Origin: Escherichia phage vB_EcoP-22664UKE3-2
DNA length: 40,482 bases
Sequence record: MZ234011.1
Reading direction: 5' to 3' (one strand)
Shown here: piece after piece, positions 27,492 to 36,127 of the stretch
Position numbering within the stretch: the first letter of the stretch is position 1
How the letters are laid out: each line of letters opens with the position of its first letter
Notes under the pieces: generated by a model
Database searches by the model: none
The model's input: the letters and a program-made list of their open reading frames with translations, nothing else
What the model was told of the DNA's origin: nothing
Translations under genes and position numbers: made by a program

Positions 27492-27514
27492 ACTAAACTA
27501 TCACTATAGGGACT
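27492..27514 (+). promoter_or_regulatory. Phage RNAP promoter (ACTAAACTATCACTATAGGGACT), phi6.5-like
   Basis: Full promoter core. Confidence 0.6.
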
Positions 27515-27575
27515 TTAGGACCTAAGATATGACTATAAGATAGACTTTAGTCTTAACTTAAAGAGGAGATTCAAG

Positions 27576-27848
27576 ATGGCGATTAATGCTATTGAAAACG
27601 TTGTTAAGCAGTTACAGGAAGAAAGACTTGATGTCCCTAACATCTCCCAGTCTGCCATCCAGTTCCTGCACGTACTGTTCAACGCAAGCTACGCTGAGAA
27701 GATGGGAGCTATCAGTCTCCTCAAGCAGCAGGGCTACAGCGATGCGTTCATTGCTGGGTTCATCAAGGGTCTCCAGTATTGTTCTGACACTCTCGACTCT
27801 GCGATTGCTATGCGTCGTGAGCTGAAAGATACCGTTCAGTTCGATTAA
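27576..27848 (+). CDS. Hypothetical protein at the gene 6.5 position (90 aa)
   Basis: ORF with RBS AAGAGGAG upstream. Confidence 0.5.
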   Translation: MAINAIENVVKQLQEERLDVPNISQSAIQFLHVLFNASYAEKMGAISLLKQQGYSDAFIAGFIKGLQYCSDTLDSAIAMRRELKDTVQFD

Positions 27849-27862
27849 CTGTAGGAGGGACT

Positions 27863-28087
27863 ATGTGTTTCAGTCCAAAGATTAGCACTCCGAAGCCTTC
27901 GGTCCAAGCACCTGAACCAGCACCTCTGAGTGAGGAAGTTGCGTCAGTTGACATCGGGGCTGAATCGGATGTGGACACCAACGAGACCAAAGGTATCAAA
28001 GACCTGAAGGTCAAGAAGGAGTCTGCACCTAAAGATAAATCGTCAGTGAGTCGCGCCATGCGAGCCTCTGGCGTAAACATGGGGTAA
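27863..28087 (+). CDS. gp6.7-like virion protein
   Basis: MCFSPKISTPKP...EPAPLSEEVASV parallels T7 gp6.7 (MCFSPKIKTPK...VEPAPLTQEVSSV). Confidence 0.75.
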   Translation: MCFSPKISTPKPSVQAPEPAPLSEEVASVDIGAESDVDTNETKGIKDLKVKKESAPKDKSSVSRAMRASGVNMG

Positions 28088-28091
28088 GACA

Positions 28092-28496
28092 ATGCTACCA
28101 TATCTCAACTCACGCGAAGGTCGCCACATGTGCGCCTGTCGCCTCTGGGAAGACGGGCAGTATAACTTCAAGTCATTCGAGGACTTCAAGGCTCATACTT
28201 ACCGTATGGCTGACGAGTTCGAAGGTGAAGAGTACACAATCTACGATGTCTCAGGTCAACCAGTAGCGTATCTCTACATGCTGGCTACCGCATCTTGGCA
28301 CCGACCGACTCCCGGTCTTGACCTTTCAATCGTCGCTATTCGTAGTGACTCTCAGTCCTCCCGCAAGGTTCTTGAGACTGTCAGGCACATCATAAACGAA
28401 GAATGCAAGCGTTGGGGTCTTGGCTGGTATTCTCGTGTCAAGCATGTTTCCGGGTCGGTAGACATCGTAACAACTAAGGAGATTAACCGTGGGTAA
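28092..28496 (+). CDS. gp7-like protein (by position and size)
   Basis: 134-aa ORF between gp6.7 and gp7.3; T7 gp7 is of similar size. Confidence 0.55.
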   Translation: MLPYLNSREGRHMCACRLWEDGQYNFKSFEDFKAHTYRMADEFEGEEYTIYDVSGQPVAYLYMLATASWHRPTPGLDLSIVAIRSDSQSSRKVLETVRHIINEECKRWGLGWYSRVKHVSGSVDIVTTKEINRG

Positions 28497-28737
28497 ATCA
28501 ATCAGTAAGGCTTTCAAGAAAGTGGTGAACAATGCGTTGGGGACCGTTGGTCTAGGTAAGGACGATGCGCCTAAGGTTGTTGAGGCTCAGACCCCAGCAG
28601 CACCAGTGGAAGTACCGAACGACAAAGTGGAGGATGTGGATACTGAAACAACCGCATCTGACGAGAAGAAAGTGAAGCGTTCCGGTAAGCGTAGCCTTCA
28701 GGTCTCTCGTACCTCTGGTGGCGGTATTTCTATTTAA
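28489..28737 (+). CDS. gp7.3-like tail-associated protein
   Basis: N-terminus MGKSISKAFKKVVNN and C-terminus KRSLQVSRTSGGGISI parallel T7 gp7.3 (…KSLSVARSSGGGINI). Confidence 0.75.
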   Translation: MGKSISKAFKKVVNNALGTVGLGKDDAPKVVEAQTPAAPVEVPNDKVEDVDTETTASDEKKVKRSGKRSLQVSRTSGGGISI

Positions 28738-28748
28738 GGAGGTGACGA

Positions 28749-30317
28749 ATGGCTGAACGTGAAGGGTTCGCTGCTGAAGGAGCCAAAGCGGTCTATGACC
28801 GACTGAAGAACGGTAGACAGCCATATGAGACACGCGCTCAGAACTGTGCTGCTGTCACTATCCCGTCACTGTTTCCTAAGGAGTCCGACAACTCGTCTAC
28901 TGAGTACACCACTCCGTGGCAAGCTGTGGGTGCTCGCTGCTTGAACAACTTGGCTGCGAAGCTGATGTTGGCATTATTCCCTCAGTCACCGTGGATGCGA
29001 CTTACAGTCTCCGAATATGAGGCAAAGACCTTGAGTCAGGACTCAGAGGCGGCTGCTCGTGTTGATGAAGGGCTGGCTATGGTCGAGCGTGTGTTGATGG
29101 CTTACATGGAGACTAACAGTTTCCGTGTCCCATTATTCGAGGCGCTGAAGCAGCTTATCGTCTCAGGTAACTGCCTGCTCTACATCCCTCCTCCAGAACA
29201 AGGAACCTACAGTCCTATGCGAATGTACCGCTTAGTGTCCTACGTTGTTCAACGTGATGCTTTCGGTAACATCTTACAGATTGTGACTCTCGACAAGGTA
29301 GCGTTTAGTGCTCTACCGGAAGACGTGAAGTCTCAACTCAACGCAGACGACTATGAGCCTGACACCGAGCTTGAAGTGTATACGCACATCTACCGTCAGG
29401 ACGACGAGTATCTGCGCTACGAGGAAGTGGAAGGCATTGAGGTGACAGGTACCGATGGTTCCTACCCGCTGACTGCATGTCCATACATCCCGGTACGAAT
29501 GGTTCGACTGGATGGTGAAGACTACGGTCGTTCTTACTGCGAGGAGTATCTGGGTGACCTCAACTCGCTGGAGACGATTACAGAAGCTATCACAAAAATG
29601 GCTAAGGTAGCCTCCAAGGTGGTGGGCCTCGTTAACCCGAACGGTATCACGCAACCTAGACGTCTGAACAAGGCGGCTACAGGTGAGTTCGTGGCTGGTC
29701 GAGTTGAGGACATCAACTTCCTGCAACTGACGAAAGGTCAGGACTTTACGATTGCTAAGTCGGTGGCTGACGCTATCGAGCAACGTTTAGGCTGGGCCTT
29801 CCTTCTTAATAGTGCTGTTCAGCGTAATGCCGAGCGTGTCACTGCTGAAGAGATTCGTTATGTTGCTGGCGAACTGGAGGCGACCTTAGGTGGCGTGTAC
29901 TCAGTACAGTCACAAGAGCTTCAGTTGCCTATCGTCCGTGTGCTGATGAACCAACTTCAGTCTGCTGGCATGATTCCAGACCTTCCGAAAGAAGCGGTAG
30001 AGCCTACGGTCTCCACTGGTCTGGAAGCGTTAGGTCGTGGTCAGGACTTAGAGAAGCTGACTCAGGCAGTCAACATGATGACCGGGCTACAGCCTCTACA
30101 ACAGGACCCAGACATTAACTTGCCTACACTGAAGCTGCGACTGCTGAATGCCTTAGGCATTGACACCGCTGGTCTGCTACTGACTCAGGACGAGAAGTTG
30201 CAACGCATGGCTGAACAATCCGCTCAAGGAGCTGTGGTCAATGGTGCGTCTGCTGCTGGTGCTAACATGGGTGCTGCTGTGGGTCAGGGAGCTGGTGAGG
30301 ACATGGCTCAAGCCTAA
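28749..30317 (+). CDS. Head-to-tail connector / portal protein (T7 gp8-like)
   Basis: VYDRLKNGRQPYETRAQNCAAVTIPSLFPKESDNSSTEYTTPWQAVGARCLNNLAAKLMLALFP... is co-linear with T7 gp8. Confidence 0.97.
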   Translation: MAEREGFAAEGAKAVYDRLKNGRQPYETRAQNCAAVTIPSLFPKESDNSSTEYTTPWQAVGARCLNNLAAKLMLALFPQSPWMRLTVSEYEAKTLSQDSEAAARVDEGLAMVERVLMAYMETNSFRVPLFEALKQLIVSGNCLLYIPPPEQGTYSPMRMYRLVSYVVQRDAFGNILQIVTLDKVAFSALPEDVKSQLNADDYEPDTELEVYTHIYRQDDEYLRYEEVEGIEVTGTDGSYPLTACPYIPVRMVRLDGEDYGRSYCEEYLGDLNSLETITEAITKMAKVASKVVGLVNPNGITQPRRLNKAATGEFVAGRVEDINFLQLTKGQDFTIAKSVADAIEQRLGWAFLLNSAVQRNAERVTAEEIRYVAGELEATLGGVYSVQSQELQLPIVRVLMNQLQSAGMIPDLPKEAVEPTVSTGLEALGRGQDLEKLTQAVNMMTGLQPLQQDPDINLPTLKLRLLNALGIDTAGLLLTQDEKLQRMAEQSAQGAVVNGASAAGANMGAAVGQGAGEDMAQA

Positions 30318-30335
30318 ACTATCACTATAGGAACA
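30313..30335 (+). promoter_or_regulatory. Phage RNAP promoter (CCTAAACTATCACTATAGGAACA), phi9-like
   Basis: Full promoter core overlapping the end of gene 8. Confidence 0.6.
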
Positions 30336-30406
30336 ACGTCTGGTCTACAATTTGTAGGTTTCTAGTCCAGTTGTTCCTACCATTTCAATCAAAGGAGAAT
30401 GACTCA

Positions 30407-31291
30407 ATGTCTCAATCAGTTTATGCCGAGTTCGGCGTTAGCTCTAATGCAATCACTGGTTCCGTTGAGGACCTGAACGAACACCAGAAGTCTATGCTTG
30501 AACAGGACGTAGCTGTTCGTGATGGCGATGACGCTATTACCTTCAAGCAACTGGAAGCCGAAAACGAAGAGGCGACCGAAGAAGACGAGAACGTCGAAGA
30601 GACGGAGGGTGCTGAAGACAACGAGTCCGATGACGAAGAGTCTGAGACCGATGGTGAGCAGCCTGAGTTCATTGAACTGGGTGATGCACCGAAAGAGCTG
30701 ACCGAAAGTGTCACCGCTCTGGATGAAAACGAAGCTGCATTTGACGACATGGTGTCTTCCGCTGTAGAAGCTGGCAAGGTCACTGCTGATGAAATTACCG
30801 CTATCAAGGCTGAATACGCCAAGGACGGTAAGCTGTCTGACGCATCCTACGCTAAGTTGCAGGAAGCAGGTTACACCAAGCGTTTCGTAGATTCGTTTGT
30901 CCGTGGTCAGGAAGCTCTGGCTGAACAGTATGCTGCTGGAGTGGTTCGCTACGCTGGTGGAGCTGAACAGTTTAACCGCATTCTGTCTCACCTTGAGTCA
31001 ACCGACCCGTCAACTCGTGAGGCACTGGAAGCTGCTATCGTTCGTAAGGACATTTCGACTACCAAAGCTCTGCTGAATCTGGCTGGCAAGACTCTGGGTA
31101 AAGCTGTTGGTGTTAAACCTCAGCGTACCATCACCACTCAGGCTAAACCTGTGGTCGCACCTAAGGCTCCTCAGACCGAAGCATTCAGCTCCAAGGCTGA
31201 CATGATTAAGGCTATGAGTGACCCGCGATACCTTCGTGACGCTAAGTACACGATGGAAGTACGCGCTAAGGTAGCTGCCTCAAGCCTGTAG
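30407..31291 (+). CDS. Capsid assembly scaffolding protein (T7 gp9-like)
   Basis: Acidic protein; VYAEFGVSSNA...VAVRDGDDAI...SYAKLQEAGYTKRFVDSFVRGQEALAEQY...MIKAMSDPRY parallels T7 gp9; RBS AAGGAG 9 nt upstream (the track ORF starts earlier at 30371). Confidence 0.9.
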   Translation: MSQSVYAEFGVSSNAITGSVEDLNEHQKSMLEQDVAVRDGDDAITFKQLEAENEEATEEDENVEETEGAEDNESDDEESETDGEQPEFIELGDAPKELTESVTALDENEAAFDDMVSSAVEAGKVTADEITAIKAEYAKDGKLSDASYAKLQEAGYTKRFVDSFVRGQEALAEQYAAGVVRYAGGAEQFNRILSHLESTDPSTREALEAAIVRKDISTTKALLNLAGKTLGKAVGVKPQRTITTQAKPVVAPKAPQTEAFSSKADMIKAMSDPRYLRDAKYTMEVRAKVAASSL

Positions 31292-31292
31292 G

Positions 31293-31315
31293 ACTAAACT
31301 ATCACTATAGGGAGA
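31293..31315 (+). promoter_or_regulatory. Phage RNAP promoter upstream of major capsid gene (CTAAACTATCACTATAGGGAGACC), phi10-like
   Basis: Closest match to the strong-promoter core CACTATAGGGAGA. Confidence 0.7.
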
Positions 31316-31417
31316 CCAAGAGACAGACTCAAGGTTTCCCTATTACTTCAGTCCATACGGATTGGGCGTACAGTAAGTAATAAACTTTATCTTTCAATTG
31401 AATAGGAGAATTATCAT

Positions 31418-32467
31418 ATGGCAAACGTTCCGGGTCAGAAAGTTGGTACAGACCAAGGTAAAGGCAAATCTGGTTCCGACGCTCTGGCGTTGTTCCTGAA
31501 GGTCTTTGCTGGTGAAGTCCTGACCGCATTCACTCGCCGCTCTGTAACTGCTGACAAGCATATTGTCCGTACCATTCAGAACGGTAAGTCTGCTCAGTTC
31601 CCGGTCATGGGACGCACCTCTGGGGTGTATCTGGCTCCGGGTGAGCGACTGTCCGATAAGCGTAAAGGTATCAAACATACCGAGAAAGTGATTACCATTG
31701 ATGGTCTGCTGACTGCCGATGTGATGATTTTCGACATTGAAGACGCGATGAACCACTATGACGTGGCTGGCGAGTACTCCAACCAGTTGGGCGAAGCTCT
31801 GGCTATCGCTGCCGATGGTGCGGTACTGGCTGAGATGGCTATTCTGTGTAACCTACCGGCTGCATCTGATGAAAACATCGCTGGTCTTGGCAAAGCGTCT
31901 GTGCTGGAAGTTGGTACTAAAGCAGACCTGAACACTCCGGCTAAGCTGGGTGAAGCAATCATCGGTCAACTGACCATTGCTCGTGCGAAGCTGACATCCA
32001 ACTACGTTCCTGCTGGCGACCGTTACTTCTACACCACGCCGGACAACTACTCTGCAATCCTCGCGGCTCTGATGCCGAACGCTGCTAACTATGCTGCGCT
32101 GATTGACCCAGAGACTGGTAACATCCGTAACGTAATGGGCTTCGTGGTTGTTGAAGTTCCACACTTGACTCAGGGTGGTGCTGGGGAAACTCGTGGTGCC
32201 GATGGTATCACTATTGCGACTGGTCAGAAGCACGCCTTCCCAGCTACTGCTACTGGTGATGTTAAAGTTGCTCTGGACAACGTTGTGGGCCTGTTCTCTC
32301 ACCGTTCTGCTGTAGGTACTGTTAAGCTGCGTGACTTGGCGCTGGAACGTGACCGTGACGTCGATGCTCAGGGCGACCTGATTGTTGGTAAGTACGCTAT
32401 GGGTCACGGTGGTCTGCGTCCAGAAGCAGCAGGCGCACTGGTTTTCACAGCGGCGTCAGCGGGTTAA
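31418..32467 (+). CDS. Major capsid protein 10A (T7 gp10A-like)
   Basis: TDQGKGKSGSDALALFLKVFAGEVLTAFTRRSV...KSAQFPVMGRT...KHTEKVITIDGLLTADVMIFDIEDAMNHYDV...ALMPNAANYAALIDPE...HRSAVGTVKLRDLALER...KYAMGHGGLRPEAAGA is co-linear with T7 10A. Confidence 0.97.
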   Translation: MANVPGQKVGTDQGKGKSGSDALALFLKVFAGEVLTAFTRRSVTADKHIVRTIQNGKSAQFPVMGRTSGVYLAPGERLSDKRKGIKHTEKVITIDGLLTADVMIFDIEDAMNHYDVAGEYSNQLGEALAIAADGAVLAEMAILCNLPAASDENIAGLGKASVLEVGTKADLNTPAKLGEAIIGQLTIARAKLTSNYVPAGDRYFYTTPDNYSAILAALMPNAANYAALIDPETGNIRNVMGFVVVEVPHLTQGGAGETRGADGITIATGQKHAFPATATGDVKVALDNVVGLFSHRSAVGTVKLRDLALERDRDVDAQGDLIVGKYAMGHGGLRPEAAGALVFTAASAG

Positions 32468-32730
32468 CGACCTTTAAGGCCCTCTCTACAGAGGGTCCTA
32501 CCTTAGAGACGTATAGTTCTACGGTGGGAACCAGCCTGAAGGTTGACTTCCCTGAGCTTTCAGATGTGACCGATTGGTCGCTGCTTGAGGTGACTACGCC
32601 TGATGGTGTTAGCTACTCCCGTAGAACCAACAGTCTCTACTTCAAGGCCACCTCTGGCGTGGAAGGTCTGGTGATTGTTGGGTATGACGGTACGCCTGTG
32701 CGTTCCTTCAACGTATCTTTCACAAACTAA
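31418..32730 (+). CDS. Minor capsid protein 10B via programmed -1 frameshift at slippery GGTTTTC (32440-32446)
   Basis: Slippery heptamer G GTT TTC lies 8 codons before the 10A stop; the -1 frame is open from there to a stop at 32728-32730, adding about 95 aa. Confidence 0.6.
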
Positions 32731-32734
32731 TTGA

Positions 32735-32776
32735 AACCCCTTGGGTGCCTTCGGGTGCTTGAGGGGTTTTTTTTTG
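32735..32776 (+). terminator. Rho-independent terminator (Tphi-like) after the capsid gene
   Basis: 13-bp stem CCCCTTGGGTGCC/GGTGCTTGAGGGG with UUCG tetraloop followed by T9; resembles T7 Tphi. Confidence 0.8.
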
Positions 32777-32790
32777 CTTAAGGAGGGACT

Positions 32791-32886
32791 ATGTTCCTTA
32801 TTTACACAGGGTTAGCACTATTCGTCTTATTCTGGGCGTACCTGCTGCCCAGCTCACCGTCTAGCCCTATGACCGCTAAGGAGTAA
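32791..32886 (+). CDS. Small hydrophobic ORF (31 aa) between the terminator and gene 11
   Basis: Strong RBS AAGGAGGG 5 nt upstream; MFLIYTGLALFVLFWAYLLPSSPSSPMTAKE; its stop overlaps the gene 11 RBS. Confidence 0.25.
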   Translation: MFLIYTGLALFVLFWAYLLPSSPSSPMTAKE

Positions 32887-32890
32887 ACCT

Positions 32891-33457
32891 ATGTCTCAAT
32901 ACATTCCACTTAATGCTAACGATGACTTAGATGCCATCAACGATATGTTAGCTGCTATTGGTGAACCAGCAGTCCTACAGCTTGACGAAGGTAACGCTGA
33001 CGTCTCGAACGCTCAACGTATCCTGCATCGTGTTAATCGTCAGGTCCAAGCTAAAGGCTGGAACTTTAACATCAACGAAGCTGCTGTCCTGACGCCTGAT
33101 GTCCAAGACAACAGGATTCGATTCCTGCCGTCTTACCTTCGGGTCATGACTGCTGGGGCCACCAGCTACTACAGCAACATGGGTGGATACCTATACGACC
33201 TGTCCACTCAGTCAACCACTTTCACCGACCCTATAACGGTAGAGCTTGTTGAGATGAAACCGTTCTCGGAGATGCCTGTGGTATTCAGGGACTACATCGT
33301 TACCAAGGCCAGCCGTGAGTTCAACGCTAAGTTCTTCGGTAGCCCAGAGTCTGAACTGTACCTTCGTGAGCAGGAATCAGAACTCTATCAGCAGGTCATG
33401 GAATACGAGATGGACACTGGTCGCTACAACATGATGTCCGACATCGGGAGGGACTAA
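32891..33457 (+). CDS. Tail tubular protein A (T7 gp11-like)
   Basis: DAINDMLAAIGEP...NAQRILHRVNRQVQAKGWNFNINE...FRDYIVTKASREFNAKFFGSPE...MEYEMDTGRYNM parallels T7 gp11. Confidence 0.95.
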   Translation: MSQYIPLNANDDLDAINDMLAAIGEPAVLQLDEGNADVSNAQRILHRVNRQVQAKGWNFNINEAAVLTPDVQDNRIRFLPSYLRVMTAGATSYYSNMGGYLYDLSTQSTTFTDPITVELVEMKPFSEMPVVFRDYIVTKASREFNAKFFGSPESELYLREQESELYQQVMEYEMDTGRYNMMSDIGRD

Positions 33458-33684
33458 TGGCTAGTCACAACCTGAAGATTCACCGCCAGCACTTTGGTCC
33501 GGTACAACTAGGTCTAAAGACAGCAGAGCTGAGACTTAACGACCGGGACTTTAAGGTTGGCGACTGGCTTATCCTGAATGAGTGGGACAACGGGTATACT
33601 GGACAACAGGTAGCACGTAAGGTTGTCCACATTGCTGACGTTGGGGACATCGCTGATGGATACGTCATAATGAGTATGATTTAA
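33457..33684 (+). CDS. Small ASCH/PUA-like (DUF3850-type) protein inserted between gp11 and gp12
   Basis: 75 aa; pattern LKIHRQHFGPVQLGLKTAELRLNDRDFKVGDWLILNEW resembles small ASCH-fold proteins from memory; T7 has no gene here. Confidence 0.55.
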   Translation: MASHNLKIHRQHFGPVQLGLKTAELRLNDRDFKVGDWLILNEWDNGYTGQQVARKVVHIADVGDIADGYVIMSMI

Positions 33685-33693
33685 GGAGGGCAT

Positions 33694-36051
33694 ATGCCAC
33701 TAATTACACAATCAATCAAGAACCTTAAAGGTGGCATTAGCCAACAGCCTGACATACTGAGGTTCTCAGACCAAGGCGAGGAGCAAGTTAACTGCTGGTC
33801 ATCAGAGAGTGATGGCCTCCAGAAGCGTCCACCTACAGTCTTCAAGCGACGTCTTAACATCGACGTTGGGAGCAACCCTAAGTTCCACCTGATTAACCGT
33901 GATGAGCAGGAGCAGTATTACATCGTGTTCAACGGGTCCAACATTCAGGTAGTTGACTTGAGTGGTAATCAATACTCAGTTTCCGGTGCGGTAGATTACG
34001 TTAAGTCGTCCAACCCGCGAGATGACATACGTGTCGTTACCGTTGCAGACTATACGTTCATCGTGAACCGTAAGGTTGTCGTTAAAGGTGGAAGCGAGAA
34101 GTCACACTCTGGTTATAATCGTAAAGCTCGTGCTTTAATTAACCTGCGTGGTGGACAGTATGGTCGCACCCTTAAGGTAGGAATCAACGGAGGCGTTAAG
34201 GTTTCGCATAAGCTGCCAGCAGGTAATGATGCCGAGAATGACCCACCTAAGGTGGATGCTCAGGCCATCGGTGCAGCTCTGAGAGACCTTCTTGTTGCTG
34301 CCTATCCTACCTTCACGTTCGACCTTGGGTCTGGCTTCCTGCTAATCACAGCTCCTTCAGGGACCGACATTAACTCAGTGGAGACTGAGGATGGATACGC
34401 TAACCAGCTAATCAGCCCAGTCCTCGACACGGTGCAAACAATCTCTAAGTTGCCTCTTGCGGCTCCAAATGGGTACATCATTAAGATTCAAGGTGAGACC
34501 AACAGTAGCGCCGATGAGTATTACGTGATGTATGACTCCAACACTAAGACGTGGAAGGAGACAGTAGAGCCGGGAGTGGTCACTGGGTTTGATAACACCA
34601 CAATGCCACATGCTCTGGTTAGACAATCTGACGGCTCCTTTGAGTTCAAGACTCTGGACTGGTCCAAGCGTGGTGCTGGTAATGATGACACAAACCCTAT
34701 GCCTAGCTTCGTGAATGCCACGATTAACGATGTGTTCTTCTACAGGAACAGGCTGGGGTTCTTGTCAGGTGAGAACGTAATCATGAGCCGTTCAGCCAGC
34801 TACTTTGCGTTCTTCCCTAAGAGTGTGGCGACACTGAGTGATGATGACCCTATTGATGTAGCTGTAAGTCACCCTCGAATCTCAATCCTTAAGTATGCCG
34901 TTCCGTTTAGCGAGCAGCTACTACTTTGGTCTGATGAGGTTCAGTTCGTGATGACAAGCTCTGGGGTGCTTACCTCGAAGTCTATCCAGCTTGATGTAGG
35001 CTCAGAGTTTGCCTTAGGAGATAATGCCAGACCGTTCGCTGTAGGACGCTCAGTCTTCTTCTCAGCGCCTCGTGGGTCATTCACCAGCATTAAGCGATAC
35101 TTCGCTGTAGCAGATGTGTCTGACGTGAAGGATGTCGATGATACCACTGGTCACGTACTGTCCTATATCCCTAACGGGGTGTTTGACATTCAAGGTACAG
35201 GGACTGAGAACTACATCTGCGTCAACTCTACAGGTGCATACAACCGAATCTACATCTATAAGTTCTTGTTTAAGGACGGCGTACAGCTTCAAGCCTCTTG
35301 GTCGCACTGGGAGTTCCCTAAAGCTGATAAGATTCTGGCGTCTGCTTCGATTGGCTCTACCATGTTCATTGTTCGTCAGCACCAAGGCGGCGCGGACCTT
35401 GAGCACCTTAAGTTTATCAAGGAGGCAACCGACTTTCCGTTAGAGCCATATAGACTCCACGTTGACTCCAAGGTGTCTATGGTAATACCAATTGGCTCAT
35501 ACAACGTTGACACCTATAAGACTACGGTTGACATTGGTTCTGCTTATGGTGGAAACGCTCCGTCTCCCGGTCGGTACTATCTTATTGACAGTCAGGGTGC
35601 CTACGTGGACCTTGGTGAATTGACAGACATCTCAACTGTGGCTATACTAAATGGCGATTGGTCAGGACGTACAGTGTTCATAGGACGGTCTTATCTGATG
35701 TCCTACAAGTTCTCACGGTTCCTGATTAAGATTGAAGACGATAGCGGCACTCAGTCTGAAGACACTGGTCGTCTACAACTTCGTCGGGCTTGGGTCAACT
35801 ACAAGGACACTGGCGCTCTTAGACTCATTGTCAGAAACGGTGAGCGGGAGTTCGTGAATACCTTTAATGGGTACACCCTTGGTCAGCAGACCATTGGGAC
35901 TACCAACATTGGTGACGGTCAGTATCGCTTCGCTATGAATGGTAACGCATTAACCACGAGTCTAACCTTAGAGTCAGATTATCCTACCCCAGTGTCCATC
36001 GTTGGCTGTGGCTGGGAGGCGTCATACGCTAAGAAAGCTCGTTCCGTCTAA
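33694..36051 (+). CDS. Tail tubular protein B (T7 gp12-like)
   Basis: ITQSIKNLKGGISQQPDILRFSDQG...LQKRPP...HLINRDEQEQYY...MPHALVR...SFVNATINDVFFYRNRLGFLSGENVIMSR...LQLRRAWVNYKDTG...GCGWE is co-linear with T7 gp12. Confidence 0.97.
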   Translation: MPLITQSIKNLKGGISQQPDILRFSDQGEEQVNCWSSESDGLQKRPPTVFKRRLNIDVGSNPKFHLINRDEQEQYYIVFNGSNIQVVDLSGNQYSVSGAVDYVKSSNPRDDIRVVTVADYTFIVNRKVVVKGGSEKSHSGYNRKARALINLRGGQYGRTLKVGINGGVKVSHKLPAGNDAENDPPKVDAQAIGAALRDLLVAAYPTFTFDLGSGFLLITAPSGTDINSVETEDGYANQLISPVLDTVQTISKLPLAAPNGYIIKIQGETNSSADEYYVMYDSNTKTWKETVEPGVVTGFDNTTMPHALVRQSDGSFEFKTLDWSKRGAGNDDTNPMPSFVNATINDVFFYRNRLGFLSGENVIMSRSASYFAFFPKSVATLSDDDPIDVAVSHPRISILKYAVPFSEQLLLWSDEVQFVMTSSGVLTSKSIQLDVGSEFALGDNARPFAVGRSVFFSAPRGSFTSIKRYFAVADVSDVKDVDDTTGHVLSYIPNGVFDIQGTGTENYICVNSTGAYNRIYIYKFLFKDGVQLQASWSHWEFPKADKILASASIGSTMFIVRQHQGGADLEHLKFIKEATDFPLEPYRLHVDSKVSMVIPIGSYNVDTYKTTVDIGSAYGGNAPSPGRYYLIDSQGAYVDLGELTDISTVAILNGDWSGRTVFIGRSYLMSYKFSRFLIKIEDDSGTQSEDTGRLQLRRAWVNYKDTGALRLIVRNGEREFVNTFNGYTLGQQTIGTTNIGDGQYRFAMNGNALTTSLTLESDYPTPVSIVGCGWEASYAKKARSV

Positions 36052-36075
36052 CTTATTGAAGGGCCTATAGATTTA

Positions 36076-36098
36076 CCTTAACTATCACTATAGGGACT
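36076..36098 (+). promoter_or_regulatory. Phage RNAP promoter (CCTTAACTATCACTATAGGGACT), phi13-like, nested inside an inverted repeat
   Basis: Full promoter core; flanked by AGGGCCTATAG (36060-36070) and CTATAGGCCCT (36097-36107). Confidence 0.6.
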
Positions 36099-36127
36099 AT
36101 AGGCCCTTAAGGTTATAAGGAGACTTT

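Noticed and set aside
28552-32407. Long minus-strand ORFs (e.g. 29313..29783, 30416..30991, 31853..32407, 31394..31756)
   Set aside because: They lie entirely inside well-supported + strand structural genes (portal, scaffold, capsid); T7-like genomes are transcribed from one strand only and these ORFs have no RBS or recognisable protein signature.
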